From Trypethelium eluteriae (Eukaryota), in assembly GCA_051942245.1 (NCBI GenBank), contig JAVECL010000037.1, positions 1 through 64,000 on the forward strand: a stretch of 64,000 nucleotides of DNA, written 5' to 3'. Below, piece after piece: positions 39,009 through 49,332 of the stretch. A program made the translations under genes and the position numbers. The notes beneath the pieces were generated by a model that saw nothing but the letters and a program-made list of their open reading frames with translations, searched no databases and was not told the DNA's origin. Within the stretch, counting starts at the first letter, position 1, and every line of letters begins with the position of its first letter.

Positions 39009-40394
39009 ATGCCAGCTCTCATAACAAAGTCGGAGGCTGAAGCGCCGCCGCCCAAGGTGTGGAATTCGTTGGTGAAGAAGTGTCTCCCGCCCGCCGAAAG
39101 TAAAGATGTCGACTTCTGGTGGAAACTCACTGGGTACCACCTAGCTGTCATGATCGATGCGGCCGGCTATTCCACTGAAAAGCAGTACGAGGTGCTGCTT
39201 TTCCACTATCACTGGGTCGTAAGTAAAACTGGATACGCAAATGGCCAAGAAATGTTCTGATTGCATGTTCAGGTACCTCGGTTGGGTCCCGCACCACATC
39301 CAGATGGCCGCGCTGTGTTCAAGTCACTTATAGCCTACGATGGCTCGCCCTTGGAGTACTCCTGGAAATGGAACACTACAACGGGTGAACCCGATATCCG
39401 CTACTCCTGGGAGGCAATCGGGCCCAACTCGGGCACGGCCGCAGACCCACTGAACCACGATCCCACATTAGATTACATGGAGAAGGTGCCGAGCGTACTC
39501 CCGGGCGTAGATTTCTCTTGGTATCGTCACTTCCTGCGCGAGTTGTACAACCCAGATAGATCCGCCTATGCCAAAGAGCTGGAACAGGGCGAACCCCCAG
39601 CTACTACTCTCATGCACGCTGTCGAGTACAACAAGGAGAAAAGCTTCGGACTCAAGTCGTACTTCCTGCCACGAAAACTGTTCCAAGGAGGTGACCCCGC
39701 GACGTCAAAGGAATGGGACGAGGCCATCATAAAGCTCAACCCCGACGGAAATCATCCTGGCCGTGACGCCCTACAGCACTTCCTCAAGAACAGTCCCGAG
39801 GGCCGACTCATGAAGCCCAACGTGATGGGCATGGACGATGTCAAGCCATCAAAGTCGCGGCTGAAGATGTACTTCACCTCAGCTCACACCTGCTTCAACT
39901 CAGTCCGAGAAATCATGACTATGAGCGGAACCCGAGACATTCCGGAATCTAGCCTGCAGGACCTTCGCTCCATGATCCTCGCCGTGTTGGGTCTTCCCAG
40001 TGACTTCCCCGAGGATGTCGAGATCCCCGTCGAGGGCAACGCCGACAACGATTGGCCCGACTTCGCCGCGCTATGCGAGGGTTTCGTGTACTTCTTTGAC
40101 ATCGCTCCCACAAGTGGCACGCCGGATGTCAAGTTCTACTTGACCACGCGTAAGTACGGGGCGGACGATCTGACCATCGCCCGGAACCTAACGGCTTGGA
40201 TGCGCGCACACGGTCGCGGTGTCTACGCCGACCAGTACATGGGCATGTTGGAGAAGCTCGCAGTGCACAGAGGGCTGGAGAACGGGAAGGGGATGCATGC
40301 GTACATCAGCTACCAGTGTACCAAGAAGGGAGAGCCGGATATTAAGTCGTACATTTCTCCTGAGTTGTACCATAAAGCGCGCTATGCTGCGTAA
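39009..40394 (+). CDS. DMATS/ABBA-family aromatic prenyltransferase
   Basis: DFWWKLTG, AGYS..QY..LLF, LGPAP, DGSPLEYSWKW, LKSYF, SRLKMY, VKFY, IKSYISP. Intron 39219-39272. Confidence 0.92.
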
Positions 40395-40487
40395 AATGCC
40401 CTGCTGGGGATAGCCTATGACCAAATGTAAACACATATTGAACACAACCACGATATTTACAAGCGATATGCATGTCAAATATATCTC

Positions 40488-42047
40488 TCATGACATCTCA
40501 ATGCTCCTGCGCTGGGTATTCTCCCATAGTAAACGGCCTGGATTGTCGTGCAACGCGAATATCCAAGGGAGGCCACACAACTGACGCCGGATAGCTGGCC
40601 AGTCATGTAGGTCCAGTCTTCCGCATGTCTCCAAAATCAAAGATGACAGCCAAGGATGATCCATGCGTTTCAACGTTGAGATGCCAGCCACGAAGAGAGT
40701 CCATAAAAGTAGTGAGGATCCGCCGTCCTTGGAGTCTGTAGATATGGTCTGAAGATACCGAATAGCACTCTCCAGACGAGCAGACAAAAGAAGGTAATTG
40801 GATTGGTCAGAACCGTATTCCGGAAGCAGGGTTGTCATGAATGCTAGCAGTGCAAGATGCGCTGCCTCTTCATGGGTGCTTCTCGACATGCAGCGTGGTT
40901 GACCCAGGGGAGCGGCCTCTAGTAGACGATAGATGAGCGACAATAGCGCCTCCGTGAAGTTAAGTGGATCAAGCTTCGTTCTCCCTTCCTTCTGCCTACT
41001 ATTCAGGAGGCTGACAAAGCTGAGAACATCGAGCATGATACGTGAAAGCCAGGGGTTGGTGCTGGAATACTGCTGTTTGGTGATGGATGAATCGTCTAGG
41101 ACAGCGTTTGCGGGTATTGCATCGCTGTGAAACAGGGTTGGTGAGCCGGTCTGCAACGCCAGCTCGACATCAAGCCTGTCAATTGTAAGAATTTCCGCTG
41201 CGGAGGAAAGATAAGAAGACTAAAAAGGCGGCGGATGCAAGCACATGCACCTACCTCAATGGCTTCAGTGCCAAAGCACGATTCTCTTTCATCAACCTGG
41301 CAATTCCGCCCCGCAACTGTATCATTCGATACAGCCCATTGAGATGTATCAAGCCAGTAGAGTGTTGATGATGCACCTGTTGGTAGATGGCTAGAGTAAC
41401 GACAGCAGCAATCGCGCTATCTGAAACTGACTGGGGACCTGACAGCCTTAAATTCACTAATTCATACGCCTTCGAGATGTGATGTAAAGTCTTCGGCGAG
41501 ATTGAAGACTTGCGCTCGAAGAAGTCGACATAGGACGCCGAGATTGCCAATGTAGAGTGAAAGTCTGGCGACCCTTAATGTTGCTGCATAAAAGGGGTGT
41601 TCGGCTTGTTACTTACATGCTTCATCTGCCAAGACACAATTCATCCAAATTGACTTTATTATGTCGAATTTCCTGCAGAATTGGGGCGGAAATAGCGCAT
41701 CACTAATGTCGAAGAACCCTGACAAGCGTGTAAGAAGATGAAGTGGACAAACGGTTAGAGAACACTGTACATCGATGCATAAGTTTAGTAGCTTCGGAAT
41801 CAAGTTGCTGAGGAAAGGAAATCAGACACAGATCATTCCACAGCAAGGATTTTGGGCTTTCTGCCGGTGTACAGGGCGGAGTTAGGACGCCTTTTTTGGT
41901 ATGAACGTCGGTCGTCTGTCTTCTCCTCGACGGGCGTGGTCTGCCTGCATTCTTGCCTCTCATGACATGGGAACGAATGATGCGCCGCTCGGACTTGCCT
42001 ATCCCTACCGATCCTTGTTCGATGAACTGAATCGCCATGCCCGTCAT
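40488..42047 (-). CDS. Fungal-specific transcription-factor-domain protein lacking a Zn2Cys6 motif
   Basis: N-terminal FI...RRIIRSHVMRGKN basic motif, HLNGLYRMIQLRGG, LLLWTLFVAG and C-terminal W..IRRQL..LPW. Three introns; start at 42047 or 42038. Confidence 0.7.
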
Positions 42048-43151
42048 GCTGGGCTGTTCTTGTCGCGTTGACCGCCAGATCGAGGAAACGTAATGGCTGA
42101 TCGTCACAGGGTCCGATACCGTAAGAACCGGAAGACCAGGACACGGTACCGAAGAAACTCACATTATTGATCATACATCAGACCACTTAGGTAAAGTAGG
42201 TTTCTAGATAGGGCTGTCAAGCACATGATTATCAAAGAGTAAGTGAAACGTGGAATAAGCTGGTCACGCTGGGCTGGATTACCTTGTCCGGAAGAATTTT
42301 CTTCCGCTCCGAAGAATCTTTTGCATACCGTAACAAAGTCACGTGCGTGTAATACGCCAGTCTAGCCTATGACCGATATGTGATTGTGAGTATCTTCGGT
42401 GTTTATGCAAGAAAGCTTCAAGATCGGACGCCCGCGATGGCCTGAGCCAATAAAAATAGAATGAGATAGCCGCCAGCTTTGCCCACCTGCGCACTTGCAG
42501 CCACGCTGCTGCTGATCATGTGACAACCAGACAAAGATCGGGTAGAGGCCAGGAGGTAGTTTGACGAGGACTTAGAATGAACACACCACGAAAGCTACCA
42601 ATGTCAGTAAGAACGAGCGGGATGGGCGATAGCACTGAAATGCACTTACTCATCACCTCGAGCGACCTTAGCAGTACAGACTACCTATGTATTGGAATAT
42701 GTGCAAGAAGGTTTTACCATAGGACCGCCTTGTCCGGCCCCTGTCTACGTCTTTTCCCATCAATCTTTCTGATTGCCATTGACCCGCAAAGAGCGCACCA
42801 ATCAACCGCATTCATTTCTATGGAGGAATAATAATATGGTTATCTCGTACTTCTGTAAGTAAAGCTGTACTGCTCATGACAAATAATGGAGTAATACTAT
42901 ACTCTATCTTATGTACAATGAAGGAGTGCTATGTTTCATATTGTACATAGCGAAAGAGTAATAATATATAGAGAGTGTAGGAGAAAGATATCGGAAATAC
43001 AAAAATTATACAGGAAAACTACGAAAGTGCGATGACCCTTGCTACGAATGAATGCGGTTAGATGGTGCACTCCTTACAGATGTCCCCGTTGACGCCTTAT
43101 GATGCCCAAGTCCAAATTCTTATCACCAGCCCAACCCTGCTCCACATTCTG

Positions 43152-44780
43152 CTATGTCCACTTTGCGAGATCGGACGGTACAGCGTGGTACCCGTTGAAG
43201 AAACCATGAGGGTCGTAGGCGTTCTTCACATTTGTCAGACGCTCATGTCGCCACTCGTCGTATCCGTAAAGGGCTGACAGCGGCTCGTCACCGTGAGCGT
43301 AGTTCTGGTAAATCTGGAGCTGGTCGTAGCCGTCAACAGTGTGGAACTTGTTGCGCCATCCCAGGAAAAAGCTATCAACCGCATCTCCCACGGAATCATC
43401 CGTATATGCACCGATGGCCTCGATGTGGTTGCGGAAAGTCTGACGATGAGGGAAGGCAGTGGCATTGTCGGGGAGTGCCTGGATGCCCTCGACGGCAAAT
43501 GTCTCGATCATCATGGCAGACCCGTTAGCCAGGGGGTTGTCGTGTAGGAACGTACTCAGATCGTTGGTGAAGTCGACCCAGCTTTGCGGCTCCAAAGTCT
43601 TGGATATCAAGCTGTAGAGATCGTATCGCAGTCCTTCAGCGCAGGCCCCCGGGAGAAGACCGAGAACCGACTTCGTGGGTAGGTCTGCCCATGCAACCAT
43701 GCTCTCTGCAAGAGTGAGGCTAAAGTCCGAAAATAGTTTGGTAAACTTCTGACCCTCATCCATGGGACCAGCATACACGATATTGACTATGATTTCGAGC
43801 TCGGACGTTGTGGCATTTTGGAAGAAGAACATGACGAAGGCCAGTGCAGGATCCAATCCGGGGCCCGTCAAGTTGTTAGTGACTTCCATGATTCGGTCTA
43901 CATCACTTTTGGCGAACGTCATGTCTGCATTGTAATGCATGCCATTATTGCTCGCAGGCCAGGTCTGGTAGGTAGTTTCGATGACGACGCCGTAGTTCTG
44001 GCCGGAGCCTCTCACAGCCCAGAACAAATCTGGGTTGACGTCTTCAGAGGCTTCCACGATGGTGCCATTGTACAAAGCCATGCGGACCTTGAGAAGAGCG
44101 TCGCTTGTCAGGCCGTGCTTGCCCTGAAGACGCCCGAGACCACCACCAAGCATGGCGCCAGTTGCACCGACGCAAGGACAGGATCCCACGTCTGAGCCCA
44201 GGTTAGAATGAGCACGAAACACTTGTGATTGAAAAACTTACTCAATTCTCTTCCTGAGTCGCCGACAGTTTTGACCATGTTTCCGAAAAGCACGCCTGTG
44301 CCTACAACGATTGTGCCATCGTCTTGCACGTTGGTGTAGTTGAAGTTCTCAAGGTTGATCAAGACGCCGTTTTGAATTACCTCTAGAGTTTCGGAGTATC
44401 CGTGACCTCCCGATTTTGCCAACCAGCTCAAATTGTTACTTGACATGTATTGAAGCTGCATGACCCGTACATTAGCCTCTATTCCATTCTGACCCGGAGA
44501 TATGGGCCTCAGAGGACGATCTACTTACGCCCTCAGATAACTCTTGCTCGGTCTCCGGAATGAATACTTGATTGAAGGTCGGAGCCTTGTACGTAGACCA
44601 CCGAGTCGTTGCTTCCGTGAAGTTGGGCCAGCTTTGGTCATGAACGAAGCTGGCCACATCACTAGGCCAGACGGAGCCATTCTGCCGCGGATAAAGATTT
44701 ACAGACGTCAAAGGTGTACTTGAGGCAGACTGGATGATTGCCAGGAGCCCCGGCAAGGCTTGAAGTGAAAGGCGCATCAT
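43152..44780 (-). CDS. Secreted FAD-linked oxidoreductase (BBE-like)
   Basis: Signal peptide MMRLSLQALPGLLAIIQSASS; KSGGHG flavinylation motif; CPCVG..G..LGGG.G, DLFWAVRG, YQNY and K..YDP. Two introns. Confidence 0.92.
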
Positions 44781-45166
44781 TTTCGATGGTTGTAAATTTG
44801 GGAATTCCGGGACACAAAAGAATGAATGACACTGACTCTCTGATCTCGTACAGCACAGGGACCTATAACAACAGACGACCACATCCTTTTGTATCCCTCT
44901 TTTGCGCCCTCAACTTCTTGTTAGAATAGCCATCATTTTTTTTTGTCACTCATCACACCAGCCGTTGCCGTCCTTCCATGGCCGTGCCGTGCCGTGTTGG
45001 TGGTGGCTCAGTGTGAAGCTGAATCCTTCAGTTGAGGCGAAATGGCCAAGGCAAACCTGTATTAGCTGAATGCAGGGTCTTACAGAACCCTGCAGAGACC
45101 CTGCATGTCTTTGGCAGGATCCGAAAACGTGCGTTTTACCGAGCATGGATCCTCGCGTGGACTTGA

Positions 45167-45217
45167 TGACTCAGGTCCGTTCACAACTCGGGTCTCATTT
45201 TTGGCCCGACTCAGGCC
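45167..45217 (+). promoter_or_regulatory. Three cluster motif copies upstream of the FAD oxidase
   Basis: TGACTCAGGTCC 45167-45178, AACTCGGGTC 45185-45194, GACTCAGGCC 45208-45217. Confidence 0.62.
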
Positions 45218-45739
45218 TTTCCAGTAAGACGGAAGCTTCGGCATGCCATTCGATTGGCGCTTAGTAGATACCTGATAAACATGGTCCGTCACCGTTTCAA
45301 AAAGCAATCCACGAGTCCCCAGGATCTATTTACAAATCCCAGACGCAGATCAAGAGCCGGCTGCATATACCGACTTTTAGGGTCTGTTGTCTAACGCGTG
45401 CATGAATGCTCTCTCAGGCGAAGCTGCCAATCACTGCCAAGCGAGGAAGAAATATCGAGGCTCGAGCAGAAGATCCCCGTGTCGATCGCTTTTTCAGCAT
45501 CAATATTCTCCACTGAAGAGTGCCGTAGTTATTGGGCGCCGGTGGGCGGTCTACGCAACCAAACCGCCATCCTGCAGCCGACAGAGGACCCAGATTTGCG
45601 CGCATGATCAAGATCATGCGATGATCAGGTCTAAGGAGACCAAATTTTTCAACCTCGGCCTCCGTTTCATATCCACAGCACACCGAGATAGCTACGCATA
45701 GAGTATCTCAGGGCGGTAAGTCCAGCACCATATGGTCGT

Positions 45740-46460
45740 AAGGCTATCTTGGTCACCAATGCAGCCAGGAGGATAGGACAGACAATCTTCATCTCATTCA
45801 CTACTACCGGAGCTGATCGCTTGATAATCGTGAACCGTGTCGACGCTTCTACCGCTCGCACCGGAGTCCTGAAGGCTGCGGCTGATGATGGGTCGATCCG
45901 TCCCCGAGGTGCTTGTTCTGAAGGTACGCGTCTTTGATACTGCTAGTGTTGAGACCGGCGTCAACGAGGTCAGCATGAGACGGGGACATCTTGATATCCT
46001 CATCAATAGCGGAGATAATCCAGCCCCATCAGAGCATCAGCCCCTAAGGCTCTTGCTCTGAAGTACGACCCCTTTGACGTTACGATTGTCAAGGCTGGTA
46101 TGAAGGAGGTCAACCCGAGATGGCGACACCTTGATATCCTCAGTCATAATGGGGATAGTCCGGCTCTTCGGAAGTACCAGCTCTTTTGCACAAGTGATAT
46201 AGACGTTTGGTGGACGACTTGGGAAGTCAACATTCAATGTGCCTACTTGGTTACCCCGGCCCTGCTGCCTTCCAAATTTCGGAAAACAGAGAAGACCATT
46301 ATCAATATGGTCGCCGTTGACTCCTTTGCGTTGATGCCAGGGGCAAGTTCGGAGCAGATCTCTAAGCTGGCGTTCATACGCCTTTTGGAATAACTGAGGC
46401 TCGATTAGGCGTACAAGAGGCTATTCGCACGCTCAGAGTATGCGGATATTTCCCACGTGA
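45740..46460 (+). pseudogene. Degenerate short-chain dehydrogenase
   Basis: ILVTNAARRIG (eroded TGxxxGIG), GHLDILIN, WWTTWEVNI..AYLV, TIINM, ISKLA. Frameshifts, stops and an internal ~140-bp duplication. Boundaries approximate. Confidence 0.65.
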
Positions 46461-47436
46461 TGTTCACTTATAGCATCGTGAGGATTTCTGTGGGAGATTT
46501 TGCTATGGGGGTTTTCGATAGGGTTTACCCAGACCGTGGAACTGGTAACGCTGAACGTTGGCATCGAATTCCGAGATAAAGTAATAATTTGGACGCCCTG
46601 CACTCGGTAAGAAGTCTCATACAAAAGACAATGAGCCGCTGCTGCGATTGGGGGGGCCTGGTCGTCAGAGGCTCAACCTACAAATTCAGGCCTCTAACAC
46701 TGAACGTCAGTGGGCAATGCGATAGGATGTACTTCTCGAGAGCGCCGAGCCCTTGCCCCAAGTCAGCCAAGGGCTTGCAATGACTGGACTGTGCACCAAG
46801 AGAGGATGATTCGAGAAATGTACGGGAACCTCACGTTAATGCGTACCTAGGCAATTGCAATCATGGCAATGCGTACCCTGGGAACAACCCGGGAGTACGG
46901 CGCACAATTACCCGCCGGAAATCTCCGAGAGCACGCGACGTGAAGCATAATCAGCTACTGCAAGATTTCTCCCGAAAGGAATGCATGTCAGATTTGCAGG
47001 AGGTCACCGAGGTGGTCAGACGAACGATCGTCGTCGTGTTATAGCGCTAGTCCAAAAGAAGATACCAATTTCTGATTGGTCAAGTACAAAGCATGGATTA
47101 GACATGGGTCAAAACAACTAACCCGAAACAGATACCAATATCCTATTCGTTCCTTTATCATGGACCCTGTGAGAGCCTATTTTTCGCGGAGACTGAAAGA
47201 GGAACCCAATATCTGATTGGCATGGCCGTGGCGGCCTTCTCGCGGCGCGGAAATTGTTAAGGGCGCCGAATTCGATGAGAAATCCGACGCTTGTATTAAA
47301 TGAATCTTTAGCATGACATCGTCAGACGTTTTACTCGACCGCAACACTATCCCCATCTACAGCTAACCTAGAGTCTGTTGCTTTACTTTGTCAACAATCT
47401 CAAAGATCTCGGCGCCACGACCACAGCGCAGGCAAG

Positions 47437-48555
47437 ATGGCGGTCATGATGAGGTTGACCGCTGAGCAATACAGGAAGCTCCCCATCCTGGCAAACAACT
47501 CGACTTGCTCCGGCAAGACCTACATAGTCACAGGCGGTAACTCCGGTCTGGGACTGGAAACTGCAAGGCATCTAGTCGAATTCTCGTCGGCGCGCGTTAT
47601 CCTAGCTGTCCGGAATCTCAGTTCAGGAGAAAAGGCCAAATCGGAGATTGAGAAATCGACCGGCCGCAAGGGAGTCGTACAGGTAAGTTCGCGAGAACAA
47701 CAATCATTTCGTGCCTCGAAGGTCTAATAGTATCTTGAATAGGTATGGCACATCGATATGGCATCGAACGCGTCAGTTCAAGCCTTCGCCAAGAAGGCAT
47801 CGGAAGAGCTGGACAGGATTGACGGTCTCGTTCTCAACGCCGGCATCATGATAGACAACTGGGCGCTCGCCGAGGGCATGGAGAGCAGTATCCAGGTCAA
47901 CGTGGTGAACACTTTATTTCTGGGGACTCTGATGATGCCCAAGTTGAGTGAGGATGCACGCAAACTGGGGACACATCCCACTCTCGTCTTCATTGTCAGC
48001 GTTCTAGGATACACTGTCAAGGCCGAGATGGACAAGAGCCGCCAGGGCAGCATCTTTGATGGACTCAACGACCAAAAAAAGGCGAATATGGACTCACGGT
48101 AATAACCCCTTGCATTATGTGATTTACTCGGTCAATGTGACTGACGTGGTCAACTTAGGTACGCTCTCACGAAGCTGGTTGAAGAGCTTGCGGTACGCCA
48201 ATTTGCGGCTTTGTGTCCTGTAGAGAAAACGGGCGTGGTTGTAAACATGGTTGCGCCTGGTCTCTGCTCGACCGGCTTAGGCGGGGACGTAAGAACATTT
48301 ACCAAGATCATGCATGAGGGGATCCGAGCTATGATGGCGCGCAGTGCGGAGGTAGGAAGTCGCACCATCTTGCATGGTCTGGTGGCCGGCGAGGAGAGTC
48401 ATGGAAAACTGTTGTCGGGTTGTAAGATTAAGGAATACTGGGTTCCAGGGTGGGTCAGCAATGCAGAAGGTCAACGCTTACAGAAGGGAATCTGGACGGA
48501 GCTCGTTGAGAGGCTAGAGAGTGTGCAGCCTGGATGTATCTCACAAATTTCATAG
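47437..48555 (+). CDS. Short-chain dehydrogenase/reductase
   Basis: TGGNSGLG, NAG, YALTK. Introns 47683-47742 and 48100-48158. Confidence 0.9.
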
Positions 48556-49332
48556 ACTTGCACTGCTTCCAAGTAACCTACCTGTAAGGCTTAGAAAGGT
48601 CGATAGCTTATACCCACTTACTAATGAGTTTTGTTGGCATTCCAAAATGCTCACTTTTTGCACCATGAAGCTTAATTATGTTGGCCAGGCAAAAGTCCAA
48701 GTTTGGGAGTCAGTACATCGGCCAAAGTGCAGCAATCAGTGTTCACTCAGAGTGTTCATTGAGGTCTTAGATGAATTTTGACGTTGCGCGGGGGTTTTGG
48801 CGGAAGGTGTCTCAACCGCGCTCCGTTGTGGTGGCGGTGTCAGCCCCTGTCAAATTAATTTCAGAGTTTTGACTTTTCTGCCATTGGTTTCCAAATCATG
48901 TCATCGTTTATCCAATTCAGCAAATTTATTATAACTCGCGCCATGGTGTCCAAGTCTCGCTGTATCGTCAACTGCCCTCACCCTTTCTACCTTGGATCAA
49001 GGTTGCTTGCCCTCTCAACTTTCCCCGTGTCGTGCGTGATGTGTCACGCACTTCAGACATGAATGGCTCCTGCGTTGATTGTGAATATTGCAATCTCAAT
49101 TAGATCAAGCAGGTCAACATGTTAGAACCTGGTGCTCCGCACGAGCAGGAAGCAGGTATAACTTGCAGATCGTAGCAAAAGACAAAGTAGTACCGATGAC
49201 GGAAAACTATGCGGATATCTAGGTTCACCCTCATGAGAAGTGTGACAGGGGCAAACGTGAGCCTTCAGCCTTTGAAGTGCCCCCCATCCGACGTACCAAA
49301 AGACTCTGCCATTGAACTTACATGATACTGAG

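Larger units (their letters stand above)
18307..48555. other. Secondary-metabolite gene cluster: NR-PKS, NRPS-like reductase, P450, DMATS, FAD oxidase, SDR, regulators
   Basis: Contiguous intact biosynthetic genes, five of which share a promoter motif. Boundaries are inferred. Confidence 0.88.

Noticed and set aside
26207..44195. Many antisense or alternate-frame ORFs overlapping cluster genes
   Set aside because: Shadow ORFs of GC-rich coding sequence with no independent motifs.
45070..45106. 11-bp inverted repeat atgcagggtct/agaccctgcat
   Set aside because: Single short occurrence with no supporting context.
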